A stretch of 64,000 bases of DNA, from the NCBI GenBank assembly GCA_042577285.1, contig JBHPDM010000001.1:16665-80664 (forward strand), in the 5' to 3' direction. The position numbers and the translations under genes are program-made. The notes beneath the pieces are model-generated. The model saw only the letters and a list, made by a program, of their open reading frames with translations. It made no database searches and was not told the origin of the DNA. Origin of the DNA: Candidatus Omnitrophota bacterium (lineage in GTDB: Bacteria > Omnitrophota > Gorgyraeia > Gygaellales > Profunditerraquicolaceae). Shown here piece by piece: positions 37,560 to 47,741 of the stretch (positions within the stretch are counted from its first letter, which is position 1; every line of letters starts with the position of its first letter).

Positions 37560-38131
37560 GCGCGCATAAGAAATCAGTAATCCGGGAATGGGTCGAATCG
37601 ATCATTATCGCTTTTGTGATGGCGATGGTCATACGGGCTTTCGTGATCCAGGCTTTTAAGATCCCCACCGGATCGATGAGGCCAACGCTTATTGAAGGAG
37701 ATATTATCCTGGTAAATAAATTTATTTACGGCGCTAAGATCCCCTTTACCAACCTGAGGCTTCCGGCTGTCCGCCAGCCAAAGAGAGGGGATGTGATCGT
37801 CTTTGTATACCCCGATAATCCGAAGAAGGATTTTATTAAAAGGTTAGTTGCTGTAGGAGGGGAGACCGTCGAAATCGATAATGGAACGATCTATATCGAC
37901 GGCAATCCTCTGACAGAACCTTTATTCAGCCAGAGGTATTATTACAACAGGGGTGATTTTGCAGAGGAAGCAAGTAATATCAAGGTGCCTGAGGATAGCT
38001 ATTTTGTCCTTGGCGACAACTCCGCTTCTTCGCAGGATAGCCGATACTGGGGTTTTGTGCCAAAGGAGAATCTTCTGGGTAAAGCCTTAGTGATTTACTG
38101 GCCGCCGCGGCGGATACGAATGATTAAATAA
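37556..38131 (+). CDS. lepB: signal peptidase I
   Basis: Catalytic-Ser box IPTGSMRPTL and the K box; S26 family. Confidence 0.9.
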   Translation: MSAHKKSVIREWVESIIIAFVMAMVIRAFVIQAFKIPTGSMRPTLIEGDIILVNKFIYGAKIPFTNLRLPAVRQPKRGDVIVFVYPDNPKKDFIKRLVAVGGETVEIDNGTIYIDGNPLTEPLFSQRYYYNRGDFAEEASNIKVPEDSYFVLGDNSASSQDSRYWGFVPKENLLGKALVIYWPPRRIRMIK

Positions 38132-38254
38132 GTGTACTCCCACCGTCAGCTATACGCTGCGTAGATTTCTTGCGAAATCTACTTGCAGCTGTCGGTGTAA
38201 ATTCGCACCTATAACTTACTCACGCTAACGCGTTCGTAAGTTATGTGCTCATTT

Positions 38255-38824
38255 ATGAACTTCGCTAATAAGATCTCGACTTTCAGGATATTAAGCGTTC
38301 CTTTCTTTATCGCAAGCCTCGTCTACCATACACCCGAGAACGATTACTTGAGGCTTGTGGCGCTGGGGATCTTCTTAATAGCCGTGGCCTCCGATGCTGT
38401 AGACGGATACATCGCCCGGAGATCCAAGCAGCTATCCAAGGCGGGGCTAGTGCTGGATCCTTTAGCCGATAAAGCGCTGTTATTGAGCGCTTTTGTCTGC
38501 CTTCATCTAGTCGAAAGTCTTCCCGGCGGAATAAGATTTCCTCTTTGGGTGATCCTGATCGTGATCAGCAGGGATGTGCTGCTGATCTTCGGGTCGGCGG
38601 TGATCTACGTAGTCAAGCAGAAAATCGATATCCGTCCTACTAAACTCGGCAAGGCCACCACAACCCTGCAGATGATATCAGTGGCCAGCCTGCTCCTGCA
38701 ACTTGATTTCTCTTTTATCTTCTGGTGGATAGCAAGCCTGCTTACTGTCGTTTCAGGCTTTGATTATGTCAGAAAGGGGTTAAATACTCTCTATGCTCCC
38801 GATAATCACCGCAATAATAGCTAG
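38255..38824 (+). CDS. pgsA: CDP-alcohol phosphatidyltransferase (phosphatidylglycerophosphate synthase-like)
   Basis: D-G-x2-A-R…G-x3-D-x3-D motif (ASDAVDGYIARRSKQLSKAGLVLDPLADK). ATG at 38255 (MNFANK) is preferred over 38243. Confidence 0.8.
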   Translation: MNFANKISTFRILSVPFFIASLVYHTPENDYLRLVALGIFLIAVASDAVDGYIARRSKQLSKAGLVLDPLADKALLLSAFVCLHLVESLPGGIRFPLWVILIVISRDVLLIFGSAVIYVVKQKIDIRPTKLGKATTTLQMISVASLLLQLDFSFIFWWIASLLTVVSGFDYVRKGLNTLYAPDNHRNNS

Positions 38825-39425
38825 TTATCTGATCGGCTCCATACCTACGGCCTATATATTCGTAAAGCTTATAAAGGGCGATGATATCCGCAAATATGGT
38901 TCCGGGAATGTCGGGGCGACCAATGCTATGCGGATATTAGGAAGAGGGCCGGGAATTACAGTGCTGCTTCTGGATATCCTTAAGGGGGTTGCCGCGGTAG
39001 TATCCGTTGGTGGTGCCCTGGCGATGAGGACATCCTTATTGCCGGCTGAATCATTGTGGCTGATCACAGGCCTTGCCTGTATCTGCGGACACAATTGGCC
39101 GGTATTCCTCAGATTCAAGGGCGGTAAGGGGTTTGCTGCTACACTTGGCATATTTCTCGGCTTAGGGATCAAAATCCCGGGGCTTCTGCCCATATTTGCA
39201 ATGATCATTCTCACCTGGCTTGCCGTATTTATCTTGACTAAGATAGTTTCTTTAGCCTCGATCGTCACTGCCATAGCTTTGCCGTTATATTCTGCGCTTT
39301 TTAAAGAGTCCATGGCGTTAATCGCCGCGAGTATCCTGCTTTGCGCTCTCCTGGTCATCCGCCACACAGCCAATATTAAGAGGCTCTTTAAGGGTACCGA
39401 GCCAAAGATCTCCTTCAGGAAATAA
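38793..39425 (+). CDS. plsY: glycerol-3-phosphate acyltransferase PlsY
   Basis: LIGSIPTAYIFVKL…GSGNVGATNAMR. Confidence 0.9.
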   Translation: MLPIITAIIASYLIGSIPTAYIFVKLIKGDDIRKYGSGNVGATNAMRILGRGPGITVLLLDILKGVAAVVSVGGALAMRTSLLPAESLWLITGLACICGHNWPVFLRFKGGKGFAATLGIFLGLGIKIPGLLPIFAMIILTWLAVFILTKIVSLASIVTAIALPLYSALFKESMALIAASILLCALLVIRHTANIKRLFKGTEPKISFRK

Positions 39426-39619
39426 GCCCCTGCCTGCCCGTCTCAAGAAAACGCTTTCAAAACAAGCGTTTATAGCCTTGATTTCACCTCGAAACAATTG
39501 CATACTTTAAATGTAGCAAAGTCTTGATGAATCCCCACCAGCCACAGGAGAAGGTGAGGGATAGCCGGGTTGCTAGGCTATAATTTGCAACCCGGCTCCT
39601 ATTTCAGGTTTTATAAAGA

Positions 39620-39985
39620 ATGCTTTGGGGGGTGGCTAAGGTGAGAGACCTGGTCTTTAAGAACCTTACATCTCGAAATAGAAAACGCAGGATCCTGGCC
39701 AGCTCTGAGATCACGGATAAGCAGGGCGTGCGCAGCACTATCCACCGCCACTTCATCTGTATCGTGAAGGAGATAGACGTAAAGAACGTGCAAAAGCCGC
39801 AAGCTTGCCTGTATGTCTTAAAGAAGCATAGCAATAAAGAGCAGAAGGAGGAGTTCTTCTGTAGGATTAAGGGAGGGGTGCTGACGGTAAGTAACGGAAG
39901 GGTCTTTATGATCCAGTTTATGCATTCTCTTAAGATCAGCTTGAGGCCTACCCCGGTATTTGAAGCGGATGGCAGGCCTAATTAA
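39620..39985 (+). CDS. hypothetical protein (basic, 121 aa)
   Basis: Open frame with no recognisable domain. A strong intrinsic terminator follows. A GTG at 39638 could be the true start. Confidence 0.35.
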   Translation: MLWGVAKVRDLVFKNLTSRNRKRRILASSEITDKQGVRSTIHRHFICIVKEIDVKNVQKPQACLYVLKKHSNKEQKEEFFCRIKGGVLTVSNGRVFMIQFMHSLKISLRPTPVFEADGRPN

Positions 39986-40012
39986 TATAACACTATAGAA
40001 ATTAATAAGTTA

Positions 40013-40049
40013 AAGAGCCAAATCTATTATGATTTGGCTCTTTTTTTTC
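40013..40049 (+). terminator. rho-independent terminator
   Basis: AAAGAGCCAAATC-tattat-GATTTGGCTCTTT followed by an 8-T run. Confidence 0.8.
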
Positions 40050-40061
40050 AGATTATTTTAA

Positions 40062-40089
40062 TTGACAGGTGCAGAATTGATAATATAAT
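40062..40089 (+). promoter_or_regulatory. sigma70-like promoter TTGACA-16-TATAAT
   Basis: TTGACA at 40062..40067 and TATAAT at 40084..40089, 11 nt before the ATG at 40101. Confidence 0.6.
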
Positions 40090-40100
40090 AGATACTAAAG

Positions 40101-42665
40101 ATGATTAATAAAGTGAAAAAGACATCAATTATTTTACTACTACTGGTGATGGTGCCTGTAGCGGCTGCTCCGGTTTTTGCCGCATCGGAGCTCCTGAGTG
40201 CCGATACTACTGATTACCTTAGACTTGCCGAAAGAGATCAGGCCATAGATGCCGCATTTAAAAGGCTAAACGCAGAGCGTCATCTAACAGGGACCTTAAA
40301 TGAAGAAGAGTCCGGGGATAGGCCCGGGATTAACGTCTCCGGTGAAACCCAGTTAAGCGCCGGCATTACTTCAAGTGATGCTGTCTGGCAGAGCGCTAAT
40401 TATGATCTGAACGAAAGAAACTGGCGAGTGCTCTCAGGGGATGCGCTGAACAAACATTTTAGTACTTATGACCCGAGGATCTTTGATAGGTTAAGCGTCG
40501 ATCTTGATACGGAGAATGAGGAGGGTTTTAACTTCCACAGTAATATTGTGGTAGACCCCTGGAGTTTTACCGGCAAAGGCCCTAAGGTGACGGTCACCAG
40601 CGATTTCGACGATATAGCCGAGGTGCAGTTAAAGTACTGGTCAAATACCGATTACACGATTAATGAGACTTACTTTACTAAGTTATTGGGAAATTCATTT
40701 TCCGTTCCTGAACTTAAGGTCTCTGACGGCAGTACTAAGGCATTCAGGGCAATCGGCCAGTTTGATCCCCGTGACACCTTTGATTTTTCTGCGATGGAGA
40801 TCCATCACGAATTTCAACCAGTGCGAGAAGTCTGGTTTGAATATGCTAACGATGCATTTAATTTCAGGTTTTTCCCCATGGCCTACCAGGATCAGGCTCT
40901 TATTTCCGATGATCCCTTAGGGATAACTAATCACCATGAATGGTGGGAGGAGAGCCTCTGGTTGAGTAAGTATACGCCGGGGATCTATAACTCTGGTGTA
41001 GCGGTCCCTGACTTTACCCAGGGGCGCTGGGATGACTCATTGGCTTTTTTGACCAGGGATTCTAGCGGGGTGTACCTGACTGCCCTAAGAGGGATGTCCT
41101 TCTCATGGCAGCCGCAGGAGGGCACAAGTTTCAGTACTACGATCGCTTCTCCCAAGGACCTTTGGCAGGATTATGAAGAGGTGGATAATCTCAGCCTGGC
41201 CAGCAGGCTAAAGCATTCAGTCGGCGATAATCTTGACCTGGGAGCTACCCTGACATCCCGCTTTGGCTTTGACCCTGACGGTTCAGAGACTGACAGTAAG
41301 AACTACGTGGCAGGATTTGACCTCGGGTATGAGCTCTTTGACGGGTTGAAGGCAGAGGCGGAGATTTTGACCTCAAAGTCATACTATGATTTAAATAACC
41401 TGCAGTACAGGACTAAATCAAGGGGGCATGCCTTTTATTTCTCTCTGGTTTCGCGTTATCCGCGCAAGAGCATCATCGACCTGGAGTTTGGTTATAACGA
41501 TATAAAGTTGGAAAAGAGCGAGGACTTTCTGGTAAAAAGCAGGTTTTATGGCGCGCATATGGATCAGGGCTTTGAGAGCGCCTTATCCAGTTTCCGCGAA
41601 ACACGCAATGACGAACACTGGTCAAGGCATATACATTTTAGAAATCCCGGGGAATATTATTACGGCGGTATGCGCGAGCCGAACGTTAACTGGGACGATG
41701 TCAGCTCAACCCGTATCGGCGACGGGATAGATACCGGGCGCGATGTCCTGGGATTCAGGCTGGAGATGGAGGAAAGTGATAAATTCAGCAACCTTTTTGA
41801 TCTGCGCAATGTCCATGATGTCGACGGAGATTATATCGAGACGGTAGCCCGCGATGAGATCACTTATAAGGTAAACGATAAGTTGACCATCAAGGGATTG
41901 GGGATCTACCATGATCTGCCCAAGACCGATACGGGAGTGGATCCATTTATCTTTGATCCGGATACGGGTGAGTTTGCCGAGGATCTTTCAACAAATCCGA
42001 TTGACGGCGATCAGGACCCTACCTTAAAGAGCGGATCAGTCGGTTTAGAATATGGTTTCTTTGACTGGATAAAGGCATACGGGATCTATGAGCGGACTAA
42101 TGATTATACGCTTGGATACGGCAATTTTCCGCGCAGCGCCTTTAACGGCCAGCAGCGCTCACGGCTTTTTTACGAGAGGGATAACGCCTACAGGGCAGAT
42201 CGTTTTTATCTTTATGATCAACAGCTCTTTCCCCAGCCTCCCTATAAGTTTTACAATATTTTTAAATTAGGAGTGACCCTAAGCCCGATGGATAATCTGC
42301 AGATCTTCCTTGATTACACCCGCAATGAATACGAGATCGCGGGGCAAAATTCTGACAATATCAACCACATAGGTTTTGAGCTAAACTATATTCCTACGGA
42401 AAGAATCGGGTTTATGGTGAAATACACATATTCCCGCTGGAAGGATATCACTCGATTGGAGGGTGGGGTGACCGATCCTGCGGGCTACCATAATTTCTTC
42501 GCTGAGATAAGTTACTTTGCTTCCAAGGACGACGAATTCATTCTGCAGTACGGTGAAGGCAATACCAGCCCGGTAGGCAATATGACATTTGATCCCTACG
42601 GCGGAGGCCTGCTTACACTGGATACCCAGCATATCATCAGGGCATACTACCGCAAGAAGTTCTAG
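40101..42665 (+). CDS. large outer-membrane beta-barrel protein (porin-like), unknown family
   Basis: Signal peptide present (…VAAAPVFAAS). 854 aa with alternating amphipathic strands. The C-terminus …YYRKKF carries the terminal Phe of the OMP signature. Confidence 0.6.
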   Translation: MINKVKKTSIILLLLVMVPVAAAPVFAASELLSADTTDYLRLAERDQAIDAAFKRLNAERHLTGTLNEEESGDRPGINVSGETQLSAGITSSDAVWQSANYDLNERNWRVLSGDALNKHFSTYDPRIFDRLSVDLDTENEEGFNFHSNIVVDPWSFTGKGPKVTVTSDFDDIAEVQLKYWSNTDYTINETYFTKLLGNSFSVPELKVSDGSTKAFRAIGQFDPRDTFDFSAMEIHHEFQPVREVWFEYANDAFNFRFFPMAYQDQALISDDPLGITNHHEWWEESLWLSKYTPGIYNSGVAVPDFTQGRWDDSLAFLTRDSSGVYLTALRGMSFSWQPQEGTSFSTTIASPKDLWQDYEEVDNLSLASRLKHSVGDNLDLGATLTSRFGFDPDGSETDSKNYVAGFDLGYELFDGLKAEAEILTSKSYYDLNNLQYRTKSRGHAFYFSLVSRYPRKSIIDLEFGYNDIKLEKSEDFLVKSRFYGAHMDQGFESALSSFRETRNDEHWSRHIHFRNPGEYYYGGMREPNVNWDDVSSTRIGDGIDTGRDVLGFRLEMEESDKFSNLFDLRNVHDVDGDYIETVARDEITYKVNDKLTIKGLGIYHDLPKTDTGVDPFIFDPDTGEFAEDLSTNPIDGDQDPTLKSGSVGLEYGFFDWIKAYGIYERTNDYTLGYGNFPRSAFNGQQRSRLFYERDNAYRADRFYLYDQQLFPQPPYKFYNIFKLGVTLSPMDNLQIFLDYTRNEYEIAGQNSDNINHIGFELNYIPTERIGFMVKYTYSRWKDITRLEGGVTDPAGYHNFFAEISYFASKDDEFILQYGEGNTSPVGNMTFDPYGGGLLTLDTQHIIRAYYRKKF

Positions 42666-42681
42666 CTCATCCTAATTTAAC

Positions 42682-45600
42682 TTATCCTAAGAATATATCG
42701 GCGTGCTTGATCTGGCGTGCCCTAAACTGCTGAGCATAGGGTGAGGGGAGCGTGTCCGAGGAGATCTCTACCTGCCTGCCCGAATTATCCCTAAAAGCTA
42801 TTCTTTTTACCTTAACCGCGTCCCTACCGAATGTATCCTTCCTTTTTGGATTATGATATACGATCCGGATCTTACTTAAGAAATTAAAGGAGTAAGTATT
42901 GTCTTTGGCAAAAAGCCAACGGGCAAGTATTGGTTTAAATCTCAAGCTTAATCTTGCCTTACTATCGATCCAGAAGGGCCGGGCTCCCACATTCATCAGC
43001 AACCAGATATTGATGAATTCCGCGGTCGAGCCTGAGAGGCGGGCGGTGAAGCCGTTGCCCCAGAGGGATCTGTCTGTATGGGCGCTGCTGACGATAAATG
43101 AGGTGTTTTCCAGAGTGCTCCTGCCGTAGATCTTCGGGTCCTGGAAGGGGGGCAATAGATTCTTAAAGTCCTTATAAAATTCTTCGTTTAGGCCCCCGCG
43201 CAGGAGTTCAAGCAGATACTTATACTCCATATGCATCCAGATAGATTCATTCTCAAGCCAGCCCGGGGTAAATGCGCGGCACCTGCCGATCTCCTGCGGC
43301 ATGCCTTTTAAGGACGTAGTTACCTTGTACATCTTTAGATTCCTGTCAAAGAGCGCACTTTTTCGTGTGGCGCGATGTAAGGCTAATGCGCTCTTTTTAT
43401 TCTCAGCAAGCCTGAGAGCGTGCACCTGGCCTTCAAGGAACAGCGGAAGCCTTTTTTGTCTGAATGCCTTAGCATTTATGTAGGGAGATTTTAATGGCGC
43501 TGATCTTGTGATTTCGTTAATGAAATAGGCGCAATAGACGCCGGTTTTACGATCTTTGGCCTTTTTGATCCCGGCTTCAAGTTTCTTTAGGGCGAGCTCA
43601 AGAATCGAATCGATCCTTGCAGAGGTAACGCGTTTTTCCTTTCCGCTGAAACCTAAAATCGTCTTTGCTCTATAAGCCTCTTTAACCGACGCGCTTCTAT
43701 CCCAGTATCTAAAATCTCTTTCTGGACGGTTGCTTTCCAGGTTTTCTCCGATCAATCTATATAAGGCATCAAGCAGTTGGCAGGCTTCCAGTGTGATCTT
43801 AAGGCGCTTGATGCCGCAAGAGCGCAATGATTCCCTGACAAAGATGATCAGCCTCTTTAGTTCAAAGGTCTCATTAAGCGATGAGCCGAAGAGCGCAGGC
43901 AGGCCGTTTAAAGCGTCATACCAGTTAGGTTTGCCGGCTTCCATCTCGATCCCCACGCCGAAGGGGTCAAGCGTTGCCAGTTTATTCCCAATCAGGCAGA
44001 GTAATTTATTTATAAGAGTAGTTTTATAGATCTTGCCCTTACCATGCCGGGTTCTTGAGGTATTGGCAAAAGTCGTTCTTTTTCCGATAATCGTCGATTT
44101 TGCCTGGTGAAGAGATACAGAAGATAGCTGCCGGAGCTTACCCTCTAAAACCTGGTATTTATGCTTCCTGGGATTGACGGTCTGGGCGCTGTCAAAGAAA
44201 GTGAAGACTTTTTTGTTAAAGATGATCTCGCTTTTTTTCTCCGGATAGATACTCAGGTAGTTTTCAAGCAGGTCGAGGTTGTACGTCCAGTGGTCGGTCC
44301 AGAAACCCTCCCTGTGTTCTGCCTCCTGGTGTTTGGCGCAATCTGCAAGTAGTGTCTGCAGGAATTCGTCTATCGGTACGTTAAGCCTGACTCGATGGTT
44401 CTTAAGAAAGAAAGCCAGCTCACCGGGCGTAAAGGGCCCGTCCAGGAAAGAGAGGATTTTTTTAATCGATCGCGCCGGGGCGAGCCTGCCCAATTTCTTT
44501 TTAAGGGAGGATCTGCTTCTGGCGCTGAAACGGGCGACCTTGACTACCAGCGGATTATAGCCGTCCGATTGAAGCAAGTTGCACAAGGTGATCAGGTTTT
44601 CATCTCCCACTTCAGGATTAAACCATACGTCACATCTGCGGTTCTGGTTTAAGTCGCGGTAGTTTCCGTCACCTTGCGAGAAATAGCTGGACTGGATGTG
44701 AAACTTATTGTAGTCCCGTTCGAGGTCCCCGTGTTTTCTGGAGTACATATAAAAAACATTTTTACGCTTCTCATTGCCCAGGATCACAGGATATCCTCCG
44801 CGCATAATATTATCAAGGTATGTCTGTTTCGCGTAATGATTGAAGCGGCTGCTTGATGATCCGGTATCAATATCCGATTGAAGCTTAAGGATCAGGTCCC
44901 GGTTCTCGCGCCGCTTCTTATCCAGGTAGCCGCGCCCGGTGATCCTGTTTAGAGATGAATTAAGCGCGGCTGGAGAGTGCATGCTTCCGATCAGAGAGTG
45001 GATATCTTTACTCTCACCGGGAGCGAGTGTAACTTTAAGAAAGGCAAAACCGCAGGGCATCTGGCTGCGGGTGATCTGGGTCTTGGGAAGGGTAAAATTC
45101 CTGCAGCTGATAAATTCGTGCGGACAGGAGAGGTCATTGGAGGGGCCGAATATGTACTTAGGGTCTACGACCGCCTTGAGGACCTTAGGGCGTTTACCGT
45201 TATAATGAAAGGGAAGATAAAAATTCCCCCCTTTTATATGGATCACCTGTGCCCTATCCACCGGGTCGACATCGATCTTGTAGAAGGGCACTCCATTTTC
45301 TAAGTTTTTGACTCCCATCCATGCCTCGATCGTGCGCCCCAACTTCTTTAAGAAGAGGTTAGCGGTTCCGTAAGGGACTATCCTGGGGAGTCCGTCTATT
45401 AATTGAAGGCTGATCTTTTTCTTTGAGCTGTTTCTTACCGAAAGGGTCCTGGCGAGAGCGCCATAGGAGTCATTGGGTATGGTAAAGTATTCGACTTCGA
45501 CCTCAAGGCCCAACGTACGGTTAGTTTCTTTTAACTTTAGATCGTAGGGGGTAATCGAGATATTATTTGAAAGATGGAAGCCGGCATTAGAGAATCCGTT

Positions 45601-45918
45601 ATGAAATGGTTCATAGAAGAGTTGTTTTGAGCCCTTAGAGGTTCTAATAAAGGTCCGGAATCCCAGAAGATGGGTAAACCTCCAGGCTTTATTTGCCGGA
45701 AAGAATTCAAGGATCGAATGTTCCTTATCCTTGCTGCCGAATGCAGAAACCCCTTGCCCCCTGTTGACGTAAAAGACCCAGATCGGGATACCGTATCTAC
45801 CTGCTATACCGGGGAAGAAGCTGGCAAAGGGTTTAGAGGAGTTAAAATTGCTGATCGAGAACTCCCCGTTTTCCTCTATGCTATATTTTACGGATCCTCT
45901 GATATGGCCTTTACTCAT
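42682..45918 (-). CDS. GH94-family glycoside phosphorylase-like protein (cellobiose/chitobiose phosphorylase or cyclic beta-glucan synthase-related)
   Basis: 1078 aa. From memory, three stretches resemble GH94 cellobiose phosphorylase: VTLAPGESKDIHSLIG, GKPNWYDALNGL and WLENESIWMHMEYKYLL (catalytic (alpha/alpha)6 barrel). Assignment to a specific substrate is not possible. Confidence 0.5.
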   Translation of the reverse strand: MSKGHIRGSVKYSIEENGEFSISNFNSSKPFASFFPGIAGRYGIPIWVFYVNRGQGVSAFGSKDKEHSILEFFPANKAWRFTHLLGFRTFIRTSKGSKQLFYEPFHNGFSNAGFHLSNNISITPYDLKLKETNRTLGLEVEVEYFTIPNDSYGALARTLSVRNSSKKKISLQLIDGLPRIVPYGTANLFLKKLGRTIEAWMGVKNLENGVPFYKIDVDPVDRAQVIHIKGGNFYLPFHYNGKRPKVLKAVVDPKYIFGPSNDLSCPHEFISCRNFTLPKTQITRSQMPCGFAFLKVTLAPGESKDIHSLIGSMHSPAALNSSLNRITGRGYLDKKRRENRDLILKLQSDIDTGSSSSRFNHYAKQTYLDNIMRGGYPVILGNEKRKNVFYMYSRKHGDLERDYNKFHIQSSYFSQGDGNYRDLNQNRRCDVWFNPEVGDENLITLCNLLQSDGYNPLVVKVARFSARSRSSLKKKLGRLAPARSIKKILSFLDGPFTPGELAFFLKNHRVRLNVPIDEFLQTLLADCAKHQEAEHREGFWTDHWTYNLDLLENYLSIYPEKKSEIIFNKKVFTFFDSAQTVNPRKHKYQVLEGKLRQLSSVSLHQAKSTIIGKRTTFANTSRTRHGKGKIYKTTLINKLLCLIGNKLATLDPFGVGIEMEAGKPNWYDALNGLPALFGSSLNETFELKRLIIFVRESLRSCGIKRLKITLEACQLLDALYRLIGENLESNRPERDFRYWDRSASVKEAYRAKTILGFSGKEKRVTSARIDSILELALKKLEAGIKKAKDRKTGVYCAYFINEITRSAPLKSPYINAKAFRQKRLPLFLEGQVHALRLAENKKSALALHRATRKSALFDRNLKMYKVTTSLKGMPQEIGRCRAFTPGWLENESIWMHMEYKYLLELLRGGLNEEFYKDFKNLLPPFQDPKIYGRSTLENTSFIVSSAHTDRSLWGNGFTARLSGSTAEFINIWLLMNVGARPFWIDSKARLSLRFKPILARWLFAKDNTYSFNFLSKIRIVYHNPKRKDTFGRDAVKVKRIAFRDNSGRQVEISSDTLPSPYAQQFRARQIKHADIFLG

Positions 45919-45978
45919 GTCTGTTTCATTATTTTACACAAATTAGGGCTTTTGTCCACATAAATCTTGGCGACAATT

Positions 45979-46008
45979 CTTGACTTTTAGAGGGATTGAT
46001 GTTAGTAT
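45979..46008 (+). promoter_or_regulatory. candidate promoter TTGACT-18-TAGTAT upstream of gatC
   Basis: TTGACT at 45979..45984 and TAGTAT at 46003..46008. Lies in the divergent intergenic region. Confidence 0.35.
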
Positions 46009-46031
46009 TAAAATCTGATACAGGAGGCAAG

Positions 46032-46319
46032 ATGTCCCTATCCAAAAAGACAGTTGATTACGTGGCCCACCTTGCTCGTATCGACTTGAAGCCAAAGGAA
46101 TTAGAGAAATTATCTGGCCAGCTGAAGGGGATCATCGATTTTATCGGCAGGCTCAAAAAAGCCGATGTGAGTAAAGTCGATCCTACGAGCCATATCCTGC
46201 CGATAAGTAATGTCTTGCGGGAGGATGAGCCGCAAGATTCTTTATCCAGTACCCAGGCCCTTGAGAACGCGCCAGAGCTAAGGGAAAACTTCTACGTGGT
46301 CCCCAAGATAATCGAATAA
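46032..46319 (+). CDS. gatC: Asp-tRNA(Asn)/Glu-tRNA(Gln) amidotransferase subunit C
   Basis: ATG at 46032 after CAGGAGG. VAHLARIDL…E…L…IL…V…LREDE matches the GatC pattern. Confidence 0.85.
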   Translation: MSLSKKTVDYVAHLARIDLKPKELEKLSGQLKGIIDFIGRLKKADVSKVDPTSHILPISNVLREDEPQDSLSSTQALENAPELRENFYVVPKIIE

Positions 46320-47741
46320 ATGGAGCTTGCACACCTTTGCGCCCACCAGTTAAAAGAAAAAATAGCTAAAAGCGAGATTTCCTCCCAGGAGATAGCCTCT
46401 GCTCTGGGTAAACGGATTCAGTCTGTGGATAGCAGGGTAAAGGCCTATGTGCGGTCGGGTGGGAAAGCCGCTCTAGCGAAAGCCGCAGGGAGCGGCATCC
46501 CGGTAACTATAAAAGATAATATCTGTACCCTTGGCCTCAATACCGAGTGCTGCTCCAGGATCCTTGATGGCTTCAAGCCGCCGTACGACGCCACAGTAGT
46601 CAAGAAGCTAAGCGAAGCAGGCCATCCGGTTCTACCGCTGAAGACGAATATGGATGAATTTGCATTTGGTTCATCCACCGAGAATTCATGCTTCGGCCCT
46701 ACACACAATCCCTGGGATTTAGATCGGGTACCGGGAGGTTCATCCGGGGGTTCTGCGGCGGCAGTTGCTGCAGATCTAGCGATCTGGGCGTTAGGCTCTG
46801 ACACCGGCGGCTCAATCCGTCAGCCGGCTGCGTTTTGCGGAGTAGTAGGATTGAAGCCCACATACGGAAGGGTCTCCAGATACGGACTGATCGCTTTTGC
46901 TTCAAGCCTTGATCAGGTCGGGCCGCTGACTAAGGATGTCAGGGATGCGGCAATTTTGACCGGGATCATCTCCGGGCATGACCCGAAGGATTCGACTTCA
47001 GCAGTTAGGGATGTCCCGGATTTCACTAAGATGTTAGGGAGAGATCTAAAGGGTATCAAGGCGGCTGTGCCAAGGGAATATTTTGTCAAGGGGATCGACC
47101 CGGAAGTAAAGGCCAGGGTCAATGATGCAGTCGTTGAGCTGAAGAAGTTAGGGTGCGATGTAAGGGAGGTCTCTTTGCCGCATACCGAATATGCGGTACC
47201 GGTCTATTATATTGTAGCGACTGCAGAAGCAAGCTCTAACCTGGCAAGGTTTGACGGCGTTCAATATGCTTTCCGCGCCAAGGAGGCTAAAGGCATGATC
47301 GATATGTATAAAAAGACTCGAGGTCAGGCCTTTGGAGATGAAGCTAAGCGGAGAAATATTCTGGGCACCTTTGTCTTATCGCACGGCTATTACGATGCCT
47401 ATTATCTTCGCGCGTTAAAGGTACGCACGCTGATCAAGCAGGATTTTGATAAGGTTTTTGAAGAATTCGATTGCATCGTCGCCCCGACCGCACCGACTCC
47501 TGCATTTAAGCTGGGCGAAAAAACAGAAGACCCTTTGAAGATGTATCTTTCGGATATCTACACGATCTCAGCGAATTTAGCCGGGATCCCGGCGATATCA
47601 ATACCTTGCGGCCTTACTAAAGACGGATTGCCGGTCGGACTACAACTTTTAGCTAAGGCCTTTGATGAAGAGATGCTCTTTCGGGTAGCCTATGCCTATG
47701 AGCAGAGCACGTCCTGGCATACAAAAAAACCAAAGTTATAA
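46320..47741 (+). CDS. gatA: Asp-tRNA(Asn)/Glu-tRNA(Gln) amidotransferase subunit A
   Basis: Amidase signature [13 protein letters not shown] and the KDNI…G motif. Confidence 0.95.
   Translation: MELAHLCAHQLKEKIAKSEISSQEIASALGKRIQSVDSRVKAYVRSGGKAALAKAAGSGIPVTIKDNICTLGLNTECCSRILDGFKPPYDATVVKKLSEAGHPVLPLKTNMDEFAFGSSTENSCFGPTHNPWDLDRVPGGSSGGSAAAVAADLAIWALGSDTGGSIRQPAAFCGVVGLKPTYGRVSRYGLIAFASSLDQVGPLTKDVRDAAILTGIISGHDPKDSTSAVRDVPDFTKMLGRDLKGIKAAVPREYFVKGIDPEVKARVNDAVVELKKLGCDVREVSLPHTEYAVPVYYIVATAEASSNLARFDGVQYAFRAKEAKGMIDMYKKTRGQAFGDEAKRRNILGTFVLSHGYYDAYYLRALKVRTLIKQDFDKVFEEFDCIVAPTAPTPAFKLGEKTEDPLKMYLSDIYTISANLAGIPAISIPCGLTKDGLPVGLQLLAKAFDEEMLFRVAYAYEQSTSWHTKKPKL

Noticed and set aside
39430-39620. 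Possible tmRNA, SRP RNA or 6S RNA in the plsY-downstream gap
   Set aside because: I could not find the tmRNA tag-peptide reading frame or 3' tRNA-like end, nor the SRP domain IV GGAA…AGCAGCC motif. Only generic hairpins are visible, so no ncRNA call was made.
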